Shown here one piece after another: positions 38,222 to 48,063 of a stretch of DNA of 64,000 nt (positions are counted from its first letter, which is position 1; each line of letters opens with the position of its first letter). This DNA is from Candidatus Saccharicenans sp. (GTDB taxonomy: Bacteria; Acidobacteriota; Aminicenantia; Aminicenantales; Saccharicenantaceae). Location of the stretch: positions 4,128 through 68,127 of the forward strand of contig JBASPX010000078.1 in the NCBI GenBank assembly GCA_049659625.1, in the 5' to 3' direction. The notes under the pieces were generated by a model. The model did not search any database, had not been told where the DNA came from, and saw only the letters and a program-made list of their open reading frames with translations. Both the position numbers and the translations under genes were made by a program.

Positions 38222-39964
38222 ATGATTGAGACAAAGAAGAACTTGAAGAATGACGAACAACTGACCCCGGAAGACTACGAACGTCTTCTCGATCAGTACC
38301 ATGTTTCAACCCAGGAATTGAAAGCAGGTACGCTCATCCGCGGACGGGTGGTGAAAAAAACTTCCACCCATGTGCTCCTGGACATCGGACATAAAACTGA
38401 AGGAGCCATTTCCATCGAAGATTTTCGCCGCCCCGAGGACTTCGAGACGGTGAAGGTGGGTGATGAAATTGAAGCCATCCTGGAAAAATCAAGACCGGAA
38501 GACGGCTATTTTATCCTTTCAAAAAGAAAGGCTGATATTCTCCGGGCGCTTGATCATCTGGAACAGGTATATCATTCGGATGGGTGGGTCACTGGAACGA
38601 TAAAAGCCAGAGTGAAAAACGGTTTCACTGTCGATGTCGGTCTCGACGCTTTCCTGCCCGAAGCCCACGCCGACCTGCGCGCGGTCAAGAACCCTGATTC
38701 TCTTCTCGGTCAGACCCTTAAATTCAAGATCTTGAAATTCAGCCGCAGGGAAGAGGACGTGGTCCTCTCGCGGAAACTCCTTCTCCAGGACGAAAGAGAA
38801 AAAAGAAAACGGCGGGTTTTCAGCCGTCTGGTTAAAGGCGGAACTATCAAAGGAAAGGTAAAATCGCTGACGAACTTTGGAGCTTTCATCGACCTCGGCG
38901 GGGTGGAAGGGCTGCTGCATGTTTCCGACCTCAGCTGGGGCAAAGTCAACCATCCTTCGGAAGTGCTTCAGGTCGGACAGGAAATTGAAGTTATGGTTCT
39001 GGATTTTAACGAAAACGAGGAAAAGATTTCCCTCGGACTCAAACAGCTAACTCCCGATCCCTGGCTGACCGTCGACCAGAAATACCCGGTCGGCACAAAA
39101 GTGACCGGAAAGGTCACCAGCCTGACCGATTTTGGAGCCTTTGTCGAGCTGGAAAAAGGAGTGGAAGGCCTGATTCATGTCTCAGACCTTACCTGGTCGA
39201 AGAAAATGGTTCACCCGAAGAAAATCCTGCAGGTGGGCCAGGAAGTCACCGTCCAGGTTCTGGAAATCAACAAAGAGAGCCGGAGGATTTCCCTCGGACT
39301 CAAACAGGCCACGCCGCATCCGCTGGAACTTTTCGCTCAGAAATACAATCCCGGCTCCCGGCTGAAGGGCAGGGTGACCAGCCTGACAGATTTCGGAGCC
39401 TTCGTCCAGGTGGACAAAGACATCGAAGGGCTGGTCCATATATCGGATATCAGCTGGGAAAAAATCAAGCACCCCTCGGAAAAACTCAAAGTTGGAGAGG
39501 AAATTGAGGTGGTCCTGCTGAAGGTGGACCTGGAAAAACAGAAAGTTTCTCTGGGCATCAAACAGCTCCAGGGCGACATCTGGGAGGATTTCTTCGAGCG
39601 GCAGAAGGTCGGAGACATCCTGAAGGTTAAAATTGTCCGCATCGCCGATTTCGGCGTGTTTGTCGAAATCATGCCCGGAATCGAAGGGGTTGTCTTCAAC
39701 TCTGAACTCGACGAAAACCGGATCGAAAACCCGGCTGAGGTGTTTAAGATCGGCGAGGAAAGATTGGCCAAAATCATAAAACTGAATCCGGAAGCCAGGA
39801 AGATATCTCTCAGCTTCCGTCAGGCTCAGGCTGACCTTCAGAAGAAAGAATTTCAGAAATATCTCGAAGGTCAGAGCGAAAGGCTGACCCTCGGGGACCT
39901 TTTGAGAGAACAGCTCAAGAATCTTTCCGGGAAGGCTAACAGCAAAAAGGAGGGTGAATCATGA
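38222..39964 (+). CDS. rpsA: 30S ribosomal protein S1 (six S1 domains)
   Basis: 580 aa with repeated S1 motifs (GxV...G(A/L)F(V/I)...GLxHxS). Confidence 0.9.
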   Translation: MIETKKNLKNDEQLTPEDYERLLDQYHVSTQELKAGTLIRGRVVKKTSTHVLLDIGHKTEGAISIEDFRRPEDFETVKVGDEIEAILEKSRPEDGYFILSKRKADILRALDHLEQVYHSDGWVTGTIKARVKNGFTVDVGLDAFLPEAHADLRAVKNPDSLLGQTLKFKILKFSRREEDVVLSRKLLLQDEREKRKRRVFSRLVKGGTIKGKVKSLTNFGAFIDLGGVEGLLHVSDLSWGKVNHPSEVLQVGQEIEVMVLDFNENEEKISLGLKQLTPDPWLTVDQKYPVGTKVTGKVTSLTDFGAFVELEKGVEGLIHVSDLTWSKKMVHPKKILQVGQEVTVQVLEINKESRRISLGLKQATPHPLELFAQKYNPGSRLKGRVTSLTDFGAFVQVDKDIEGLVHISDISWEKIKHPSEKLKVGEEIEVVLLKVDLEKQKVSLGIKQLQGDIWEDFFERQKVGDILKVKIVRIADFGVFVEIMPGIEGVVFNSELDENRIENPAEVFKIGEERLAKIIKLNPEARKISLSFRQAQADLQKKEFQKYLEGQSERLTLGDLLREQLKNLSGKANSKKEGES

Positions 39965-40242
39965 TTAAGGCCGACCTGGTGAAACTCGTCGCCCGGGAAC
40001 TTAACATTTCTAAGCAGGAAGCCGAAGCCGGCGTTAACCTTTTCTTTGAAGCTCTGAAGGAAGCCATCCTCAGGGGAGAAGAGATTGAATTGCGCGGGTT
40101 TGGCAGCTTTCGCTTCCGTCAGAGAGCTCCCCGTTCGGGCCGTAATCCGAGAACCGGTGAGCCGGTGAAGGTGCCGCCGAAGAAGGTGCTCTATTTCAAG
40201 CCATCAAAACTGTTGAAGGAGATGCTCAACAAAGCTAAATGA
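39961..40242 (+). CDS. HU/IHF family DNA-binding protein (IHF beta-like, in conserved rpsA-ihfB synteny)
   Basis: 93 aa. GFGSFRFRQRAPRSGRNPRTGEPVKVP arm motif. Start overlaps the rpsA stop. Confidence 0.8.
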   Translation: MIKADLVKLVARELNISKQEAEAGVNLFFEALKEAILRGEEIELRGFGSFRFRQRAPRSGRNPRTGEPVKVPPKKVLYFKPSKLLKEMLNKAK

Positions 40243-40742
40243 GGTACTGTACCGCTCCCTGGCGATTGACCTACGTTAAAAAGGCTCTGAAAATGAAAAA
40301 GTGTGTTTTCTGCGAAGCCCTGAAAAAGAAAGATGACCGTGAGGCTTTAATTCTGTACCGGGGAAAACACAATTTCGTCATAATCAATCGCTTTCCTTAC
40401 ACCACGGGTCATCTGATGATCGCTCCGTATCGTCATCTGGCCAACTTTGAAAAAGCCCCTCGAGAAATCGTGTTGGAAGCGACCGAACTGATTCAGACGG
40501 TTATCAGCATTCTGAAAAAAAGTTACCGCCCTCATGGCTTTAACGTCGGCCTGAACCTCGGGCAGGCAGCCGGGGCCGGTGTCACCGGCCATTTCCACAT
40601 CCACGTGGTTCCGCGCTGGCCGGGTGATTCCAACTTTATGCCGATCGTCGGTCAAACAAAAGTATTCTGCGAAGATCTCATGAGCACCTACGACCGACTG
40701 AAACCATATTTTGAAAAAGAAGAGAAGAAACAGGAGAAATAA
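40239..40742 (+). CDS. HIT family (histidine triad) hydrolase/nucleotidyltransferase-like protein. Alternative start at 40293.
   Basis: GHFHIHVVPR histidine triad. ATGA overlap with the upstream stop. Confidence 0.75.
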   Translation: MRYCTAPWRLTYVKKALKMKKCVFCEALKKKDDREALILYRGKHNFVIINRFPYTTGHLMIAPYRHLANFEKAPREIVLEATELIQTVISILKKSYRPHGFNVGLNLGQAAGAGVTGHFHIHVVPRWPGDSNFMPIVGQTKVFCEDLMSTYDRLKPYFEKEEKKQEK

Positions 40743-40745
40743 ACC

Positions 40746-42668
40746 ATGTTAAAAACAATGCGGAAAAACGTAAAATCGCTGGCGCCAGTTCTCTGGATCG
40801 TCATCGCCACTTTTGTCATAGCCATATTCGCCGTCTGGGGCGGTGCCGGACGCCTCGGCGAAGCCCGTCAGGCCAACACCATAGTGCAGATCGGCAAGGT
40901 CAGCATCTCTGCCGATGATTATTACAACGTGCTCAGGCAGCGGATAGAAACGATGAAAAGACAGTACCCCGACCTCGACCCCGCCATGTTGAGGCAGCTT
41001 AACCTTCCCCAGCAGGTTCTTGAACAGATGATTCAACAGCAGCTCCTGCTCCATCTGGCGAAGAAACAGGGACTCAAAGCCACCAATCGGGAACTTCAGG
41101 AAAAGATCATGAGCTATCCTGTCTTCCAGAGGGACGGGAAATTCGTCGGTTTTGAGGAATACAAGAGAATTCTTGACTGGAACCATATTCCTCTTCAGAA
41201 ATTTGAAGAAAGCCTGCGGGAAGAAATTCTTCTCAACAAAATTTACCAGTTGCTGACAGCCCACCTGGTGGTAACCGAGCAGGAAGCCTGGGAAAATTAC
41301 AGAGACCAGAATGAAACGGCTAAAATAGAGTATCTGGTAGCTTCGGTCGATAAAATTGACCTTCCTGAAAAGCCAGACGACCCGGCGATTGCTGCCTATT
41401 TCGAAAAACACCGTGAAAGATACCGCGTGCCTGAAAGGCGCGAAGGGAAAATGGTCTTCTTGAAAACGGATGACCTGAAAAAAGAACTGACCGTCTCAGA
41501 TTCAGAAATCGAAAAATATTACCAGGATAACATCAACCAGTTCAAGGAGCCGGCCAGAATCAGGGTCAGCCGGATTTATCTCACCTACACCGAAGCTGAC
41601 AGGCAGCAGACGCTGGAGCTGGCCAGAAATATAAAGGCCAGGTTGAACGCAGGAGAAGATTTTGCCCGCCTGGCTACCACCTACTCCAAAGACGAAAAAG
41701 CCAGCGCCGGCGGCGACTGGGGTTATTACGACTGGCAGAGCTTCACTCAGGAAGAAATCAAAGCCATCAACCAGCTGGAAGCAAATCAGGTCAGCGAACC
41801 GCTGGACCTGGGGCATGCCGTCTCCATTCTGAAAGCCACAGAAAAAATGCCGGAAATCACCCGGTCTCTGGCAGAAGTAAAAGTTATGATTCAGAACAAT
41901 CTGCTCGAGCAGAAAGCCAGAAATCAGGCCTCCAGCCGTATGGAAAAACTTGCCCGGGCGGCTAAAAAGCTCAGGGATCTGGAGAAAGCCGCCCACCGGG
42001 AAGGGTTGAACATTCAGTCGACCGGACTGCTGAAAAACGGAGACCAGGTTCCGGGCGTGGATTCTTCCGGTTACCTCAGCCAGACTCTGTTTGAACTTAA
42101 AGAAAAAGAAATATCTTCTCCAGTATTCACCTATGAAGGTGTGGCTGTCCTGCAGCTGGCTAAAATTGATCCGGAGCACCAGGCTTCTCTGGATGAGGTT
42201 AAAGACCAGGTCCGGGAGGATCTGATCAGCGAGCTTAAGAAAGAAAAAATCAAAGAAAAGCTCGCTTCTCTCAAGTTCGCTCAGGCGGCAAACTGGGAGG
42301 ATTTTGCCAGCAAGAACGGTCTCGAATACAAACGGGCTGAAGCCCATAAGCGCGGCCAGTACCTGAGCCTGATAGACGACACCACTGAACTTGACAGACT
42401 GGCGTTCAGTCTGCCGTTGAATCAACCGAGCGAACCGTTTGAAGTCAGCAGCGGCTTTGCCGTGGTCAGGGTGCTCGAAAGAAAGGAAGTCTCCAGGGAA
42501 GATTTTGAAAAAGTGAAAGAGCAGGAAATGTCCTCTCTTCTGAATCAGGCGCGGGAAATGTTTCTCTTCAGCTATCTGCAGAAAGTTCGCCAGGAGATGA
42601 AAACCAGGGTTAACGTCGAGCTTTTTAACAGGGTCACGGAGAACCTGCTCGGCAGATTCAGTGAATAA
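40746..42668 (+). CDS. Periplasmic chaperone/peptidyl-prolyl isomerase, PpiD/SurA-like (N-terminal TM anchor, parvulin domain)
   Basis: 640 aa with an N-terminal TM anchor, SurA_N-like region and a parvulin-like segment (GGDWGYYDWQSF). Confidence 0.7.
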   Translation: MLKTMRKNVKSLAPVLWIVIATFVIAIFAVWGGAGRLGEARQANTIVQIGKVSISADDYYNVLRQRIETMKRQYPDLDPAMLRQLNLPQQVLEQMIQQQLLLHLAKKQGLKATNRELQEKIMSYPVFQRDGKFVGFEEYKRILDWNHIPLQKFEESLREEILLNKIYQLLTAHLVVTEQEAWENYRDQNETAKIEYLVASVDKIDLPEKPDDPAIAAYFEKHRERYRVPERREGKMVFLKTDDLKKELTVSDSEIEKYYQDNINQFKEPARIRVSRIYLTYTEADRQQTLELARNIKARLNAGEDFARLATTYSKDEKASAGGDWGYYDWQSFTQEEIKAINQLEANQVSEPLDLGHAVSILKATEKMPEITRSLAEVKVMIQNNLLEQKARNQASSRMEKLARAAKKLRDLEKAAHREGLNIQSTGLLKNGDQVPGVDSSGYLSQTLFELKEKEISSPVFTYEGVAVLQLAKIDPEHQASLDEVKDQVREDLISELKKEKIKEKLASLKFAQAANWEDFASKNGLEYKRAEAHKRGQYLSLIDDTTELDRLAFSLPLNQPSEPFEVSSGFAVVRVLERKEVSREDFEKVKEQEMSSLLNQAREMFLFSYLQKVRQEMKTRVNVELFNRVTENLLGRFSE

Positions 42669-42715
42669 ACCCTCTTTTTTTTAATAAAAAAATTTAACTT
42701 AATCAAGGAGGGCAA

Positions 42716-44716
42716 ATGGAGACTTCCAGAAAATCTCTGCCGTCTGAAGCCTACCGCGAACTCGCTCCCGGCGAAAAGTACATACCGCTGGTTCCGCCTG
42801 AAAAAATCATTCCAGAGGTTACTCCCCGTTCTGTCTTCTGGGGCCTGTTCATGGCGCTCTTCTTCACTTTTTCCATGGCTTACCTGGGACTTAAAGTTGG
42901 CACCGTGCCGGAAGCGGCCATTCCAATCGCCATACTGGCGGTGGGTATTGGCTACACCTATTCCCGGCGCAACACCATTCTGGAAAATGTCATCATCCAG
43001 TCGATCGGCGCAGCTTCCGGCGCTCTGGTGGCAGGAGCCATTTTTACCATTCCGGCTCTTTTCATCATCGGTCTACCCATCGATATCTTCAAGATTTTCC
43101 TTTCAACTTTTCTTGGCGGATGTCTGGGAATTCTTTTCCTGATTCCTTTGCGCCGTTATTTCTGTGTGGAGCAGCACGGAAAACTGCCTTTCCCGGAAGC
43201 CACGGCCACCACGGAAATTCTGGTTTCAGGTGAGGCCGGCGGAGAGCAGGCCAGGCCGCTCATTCTTGGAATAATAATTTCAGGCATTTATGAATTCCTG
43301 GCCATCGGCGTCCGCCTGTGGAATGAGGTCATCACTTTCCGCTTTCTGCCGTTTATGGACCGACTGGCAGAAAAAACCAGAATGGTTCTGAAGATTGATG
43401 CTCTTTCAGCTTTTCTCGGTCTCGGTTATGTCATCGGGTTGAGGTACAATGCCATCATCGTCGCCGGCGGTCTTCTCTCCCATTTTGGTTTTGTCCCGTT
43501 GATCTGGTTTCTCGGCCAGCATTTCTCTGAAGCGATCTACCCGGGAACAATTCCGATATCTCAGATGAACGAGGTTCAGATTTTCAGCACCTACGTTCGT
43601 TACATCGGAATCGGCGCTATTTTTATGGCCGGTGTGCTGGGCATAATCAAATCTCTGCCGATCATGGCCCGGGCTTTTTCGCTGGGCTTCAAGGAAATTC
43701 TTAAGGGCAAGGAGGGCGTTTCCGAAACCATAAGAACAGACCGCGACCTCAAGATGTCAACAATCATCGTCGGGATTCTGGTGACGGCCGTCGCCCTGTT
43801 CTTTTATTTTCTATGGATTTCCAGCCTGAAATTCGCGCTGATAGGAGTGGTTATCTGCCTGGTTCTTTCTTTTCTGTTTACCACGGTCGCAGCCACCGCC
43901 ATCGCCATCGTCGGCACCAACCCGGTTTCCGGCATGACCCTGATCACTCTAATCCTGTCCAGCGTCATCCTGATCGGGGCCGGTCTTTCCGGAACGGAAG
44001 GAATGGCTGTAGCCCTGCTGATCGGAGCGGTGGTCTGCACCGCGCTGGCAGTTTCCGGAAGCTTTATCACCGACCTGAAGATCGGCTACTGGATAGGAGC
44101 CACACCCAGGAACCAGGAAAGGTTCAAATTTGCCGGAATTCTGGTTTCTGCCCTTTCCGTCGGAGCGGCCATATTCATTCTGGATAAAGCTTTTTCATTC
44201 CAGAGCGGCGCGCTGGCTGCGCCCCAGGCCAACCTGATGGCTGCGGTTATCAAGTCTCTGATGTCCAGGGAACCGGTAGCCTGGCTGCTCTACGGAATTG
44301 GAGCCTCGATCGCCATCGTGGCTGAACTCTGCAAGATACCGCCGCTGCCTCTGGCTCTTGGCATGTATCTACCGCTCCCGCTGACCACTCCGCTGCTGGT
44401 CGGAGGTTTCCTGTCTCATCTGGTGAAAAAATCAGCGAAGGATAAAGAGCTGGCTGAAAAAAGGCATAACCGGGGGATGCTGATTTCTTCCGGGTTCATA
44501 GCCGGAGGCGCCCTGATGGGCATCGTCCTGGCTGTCCTCAAGCTGGCTAAGGTTGACCATTACTTCAGCCTGGGAATTCCGATGATCCTGGAAAACGGCA
44601 AATGGGTGGATGGCACCCCCGCTCTCTGGTTCAGCCGATATGGCGAGATCATCAGCCTGGTGGCATTTGTCCTGCTGATCGGTTTTGTCTACCTCCAGGC
44701 TAAAAAAGAAAAATAA
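42716..44716 (+). CDS. OPT-family oligopeptide transporter
   Basis: 666 aa polytopic membrane protein with an OPT-like N-terminus (...EKYIPLVPPEK...VTPRSVFWGL...). Confidence 0.8.
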   Translation: METSRKSLPSEAYRELAPGEKYIPLVPPEKIIPEVTPRSVFWGLFMALFFTFSMAYLGLKVGTVPEAAIPIAILAVGIGYTYSRRNTILENVIIQSIGAASGALVAGAIFTIPALFIIGLPIDIFKIFLSTFLGGCLGILFLIPLRRYFCVEQHGKLPFPEATATTEILVSGEAGGEQARPLILGIIISGIYEFLAIGVRLWNEVITFRFLPFMDRLAEKTRMVLKIDALSAFLGLGYVIGLRYNAIIVAGGLLSHFGFVPLIWFLGQHFSEAIYPGTIPISQMNEVQIFSTYVRYIGIGAIFMAGVLGIIKSLPIMARAFSLGFKEILKGKEGVSETIRTDRDLKMSTIIVGILVTAVALFFYFLWISSLKFALIGVVICLVLSFLFTTVAATAIAIVGTNPVSGMTLITLILSSVILIGAGLSGTEGMAVALLIGAVVCTALAVSGSFITDLKIGYWIGATPRNQERFKFAGILVSALSVGAAIFILDKAFSFQSGALAAPQANLMAAVIKSLMSREPVAWLLYGIGASIAIVAELCKIPPLPLALGMYLPLPLTTPLLVGGFLSHLVKKSAKDKELAEKRHNRGMLISSGFIAGGALMGIVLAVLKLAKVDHYFSLGIPMILENGKWVDGTPALWFSRYGEIISLVAFVLLIGFVYLQAKKEK

Positions 44717-44740
44717 AATTAACCAGGAAAGGAAGGCTAT

Positions 44741-45689
44741 CATGAAAGCAAGCAAACTTTATCAGGCAGCCGAAAAGGCAATTTTCCAGTCGCTCAAACT
44801 AAAAGCTGGAGAAAGTTTTCTGCTGGTAACAGACAAACAGAAAATGGAAATCGCTGAGGCGCTGGCCTTCTACGCTAAAAAGGCCGGAGCCGAAACTACC
44901 ACCTATCTGATGACCGAAACTTTGCGTCCGATCTCCGAACCGACAAAGCTTTTCAAGTTGCTCACGGAAAAAGCCGATGCCATCGCTTACCTGTTAGATG
45001 CCAGGATCGAAGAGAAGCCTTTCCGCGGTTTCATGGTGAGTCAGGGAATGAAATACAGCCGGATCTGCATGATGCCCGGCATCACCGTCGACATGATGGA
45101 AAGGCTGGTCAACATCGACTTCAAGAAAATGGACGAGTTCACCAGAAAAGTCATCCGGGCAATGAAGGATGCCGACCGGGTAATCGTCGAGAATGAAGAC
45201 GGGACTCACATCACCTTCAGCGTTAAGGGACGCGAATGGCACAACGACAACGGCGACATCAGCAAGAAAGGCAAACACGGAAACCTGCCGGCAGGAGAAT
45301 GCTACACCTGCCCGGTGGAAAAAACCTTTACCGGCAGGCTGGTAATCAGCCTGATTGACGACAAACTCGGCCGCGGCGAGCTGGAATTCAGAGAAGGCCG
45401 GCTGGTGCGCTGGAAGGGAGAGGGAATCGAAGCTGTGGTAAAAAACATCGGAAAGGATGAAACCGGGTTCATCATCGGCGAATTTGGCATCGGCACCAAC
45501 CCGGGCGCTCGTATCTGTCCGAATATGCTCGAAGCCGAAAAAGCTTTCGGAACCGTTCACTTTGCCATCGGCGATTCCTACGGTCTGGGCAAAAACAGGA
45601 GCAAGCATCATTACGACGCGCTGGTGGACAAAGTGACCATCATCGCCAGGGGCAAATACATAGCGAAGAACGGAAAATTTTTGATCTGA
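44741..45689 (+). CDS. Aminopeptidase-like protein (resembles M29/AmpS thermophilic metalloprotease family)
   Basis: 316 aa. The C-terminal EFGIGTNPGAR...EKAFGTVHFAIGDS resembles the M29 C-terminus. RBS GGAAAGGAAGG before the ATG at 44741. Confidence 0.5.
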
Positions 45690-45796
45690 GGGCGGTCGCT
45701 GAGTAAGCCCTGGCAAAACATAAACAATTTGTAAATTCAAGACAGGGTTTTCAGCTGGATGAAGCTGAAAAACATCAGGGAAGGGGGTAACATTAT

Positions 45797-46786
45797 ATGC
45801 CGGAATTTAACTTAAAAGAGCTATTACCCCTGTACCAGGAAGTGGCCATCCTGAAATACGGGGGGACCCTGGACTTTGACCGACTGGAGAGATACATGGA
45901 GCCGGTACGGCTCGGGCAGGAAGAATTCTCCCGCCGCCATCTCGAAGCACTGCAGCGTGACCACCTTTTTCCAGCCTGGTGGAAACTTCCCGAGCTGAAA
46001 GAAGATGAGCTGGAAACCATGAAATGGATTTTCAAGAATCCCGGTCCTAAAAATGAAAAAGTCATCCAGAAGCTGTTTGACATCTTCAAGAACATCGAAA
46101 TTCTTTCCTGTCTCCTCCGGGTGATCTGTCCTCAACATTACGGAATTTACAGCGCTCCGGTGGAAAACTTGTTGGCCATCCGAGCGGAAACCCCGCTGAA
46201 AAAATATTTAATCTACCTCGACAACCTGACCGAGCTCCAGGAAGCTTACGGTTTCAAGCGAATAGCCGACGTGGACATGGCTCTGTTTGCTCTCTGCTGC
46301 CTCCTGAACGAAGAATATCTCCGGCAGAATCCCGATTATCACGAGATTTACACCAACTACCTCCAGAATCCAAACCTGATCAAAAAGATTTCAGCCCGAA
46401 ACGCGATGCACCGCCTCCGTCAGGAAAACATCTCCTACCTGGAACTGGCCGAGTGCTTCCTGGAAACCGACCCGGAAATTGCCGGCTTTTTAGCCGGGAA
46501 AGAGATGGAGTCCACCATCAACAATTTATTAGAAGAAAAAGGAAGATCCGGACCGAAAAAATACAAACCTGCAAACATGCCCGAAAAGCTGGAAGAACTC
46601 GCTCTGAGAAAGGTCATCAGCGACCAGGTCAAGGAAGATATGCTGAAATGGTGGAATACCAGAAATGACTGCGTTCATAAAGACTGGTCAGAGGCATCCG
46701 GCGAAGAACTGGCCAGTCTGAAAACAAACGTGGTTGAGATGATTGAAGGAATTAAATCAGTCAGGGACAGAATAGAAAGCCGATAA
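45797..46786 (+). CDS. Hypothetical cytoplasmic protein (329 aa), no recognizable domain
   Basis: Good RBS (GGGAAGGGGGTAAC...ATG). Protein-like composition, helical and acidic. Confidence 0.5.
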   Translation: MPEFNLKELLPLYQEVAILKYGGTLDFDRLERYMEPVRLGQEEFSRRHLEALQRDHLFPAWWKLPELKEDELETMKWIFKNPGPKNEKVIQKLFDIFKNIEILSCLLRVICPQHYGIYSAPVENLLAIRAETPLKKYLIYLDNLTELQEAYGFKRIADVDMALFALCCLLNEEYLRQNPDYHEIYTNYLQNPNLIKKISARNAMHRLRQENISYLELAECFLETDPEIAGFLAGKEMESTINNLLEEKGRSGPKKYKPANMPEKLEELALRKVISDQVKEDMLKWWNTRNDCVHKDWSEASGEELASLKTNVVEMIEGIKSVRDRIESR

Positions 46787-46945
46787 GATAAAAGGGCTCC
46801 GGTCACTTTCCGGATGTCCGAGATGAATGGTTAAAGCTGGCAGACCACAGCCGTGCCGAACTGCCGGTGAAGCAGTTTTCCCTCAAATTCCGTCTGACCG
46901 GAGATTAAACGCTCTTTTCTTTCTGTTTTTTTCCCGGGTGACTCA

Positions 46946-46969
46946 ATATATGAATAACCATTCATATAT
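46946..46969 (+). promoter_or_regulatory. Perfect 10-bp inverted repeat ATATATGAAT-aacc-ATTCATATAT (candidate dimeric-regulator operator, Fur/Zur-like AT-rich box) upstream of the Tat-signal TGA-containing gene
   Basis: Seen directly. About 190 nt upstream of the ATG at 47162 and overlapping a TATATT -10-like hexamer. Confidence 0.3.
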
Positions 46970-47161
46970 TGGAAGGGCTGGAGGCCGGGTCGTTAACCCT
47001 ACTCCGGCGGCCGGAAATTTTTATTCGCTCGCAAGCCAGAACCGACTGATTTCGCTGCTGGAAAATTTCAAACTCCTGATTATGAATCCAGAAGCCAGAT
47101 TATGTTAGTCTGATACAGATGAAATCGAGTCATTTTCGAATCGTCTGCGGAGGCAATTTTC

Positions 47162-47822
47162 ATGAAAACTCTAAAAAGACGCGATTTTCTTAAAATTTCA
47201 GCCGGCAGCGGTGTCGCCCTGGCCATCACCCCGGAGCTCAAGAGCCCTGTCCGGGAATCAACCAAAACGTCTGCCCTGAGTTTCTCTCTGTCGCCGGGTC
47301 TGGGGAGTCCGGGCGGGCGGACAAAAGTAAAAGTGGCCAGAATCTACATGGGTTTGCCCCGGCCCCACTGACCAAAGCCCTCTCCCAACCTTGAGGAAGA
47401 GGTCAGAACTTACGAGGAATTCTTCAGCCGCCAGAAAGAAGAGCTGACCGACGTCGACTTTACAGTCAACATCCCGGCCAGCGAGTCCGAAGATATCATC
47501 CAACAGGCAGAAAAAATCAAGCAGGCCGACGGCATCCTGGTCATTCATCTGACCATCTGGATCGCCCCGATTCTGGAAGAGATACTGAAATTTAAGAAGC
47601 CTACGGTTATTTTTGCCGCTCCCTACTCGGGTCATGAATGGACGTATTACGGCAGCCTGATGAAACAGGAAAAAGGGGAAATGGTTGATTGCTTTCTGAC
47701 CAGCAACCGGCAGGAACTGATCAGGGCCATCAGGCCATTCCGGGCGATTCACCACCAGCGGGAGGCAACAATTTTTCGTTTTGCCCGGGTGGGATTTCTG
47801 AAATTTCTGATTCCAGGCTGAC
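47162..47822 (+). CDS. Tat-signal protein whose frame continues through an in-frame TGA at 47369-47371. Candidate selenoprotein or recoded gene, alternatively a pseudogene.
   Basis: MKTLKRRDFLKISAGSGVALA is a twin-arginine signal. After the TGA the same frame stays open for 150 codons with protein-like sequence (PKPSPNLEEEVRTYEEFFSRQKEEL...ILVIHLTIWIAPILEEI...) to a TGA at 47820-47822, with no in-frame start near the TGA. A hairpin lies 7 nt downstream of the TGA. RBS GCGGAGG before the ATG. Confidence 0.45.
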
Positions 47823-47856
47823 ATCTACCCCATTTTAAAATCTGAGAAAGGATTAA

Positions 47857-47953
47857 GGGTGTCACGGCGCGTCTCCGAATCGCGCGCAGCGGAAGGGGTT
47901 CCCCGCGGGGATCGGTGAGCGAGCACGGGAGGAGGCGCACCGTGACAGGACCC
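47857..47953 (+). repeat. Copy B of the GC-rich structured element of about 100 nt (candidate ncRNA or cis-regulatory RNA)
   Basis: About 85% identical to 7204-7318. Terminal helix GGGUGUCACGG(C)GCG / CGC(A)CCGUGAC(agga)CCC closes the element, with an internal CCCCgcGGGG hairpin. Lies 34 nt downstream of the preceding gene and about 110 nt upstream of the M14 peptidase gene. Confidence 0.5.
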
Positions 47954-48063
47954 TTCCTCAAGCATGTACCATAAGGGGCAGCTCCTTCCTTCCGGAAAAT
48001 TCCATTTGAAATATGCCCCCTGAAAAATATATATTTTCTCTCTTAAGCTCAACGGAGGAGCTG

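Noticed and set aside
47258-47824. 188-aa minus-strand ORF antisense to the Tat-signal/TGA gene
   Set aside because: Low-complexity, Cys/Trp/Arg-rich, no RBS. The + strand frame has a bona fide Tat signal, an RBS and protein-like composition.
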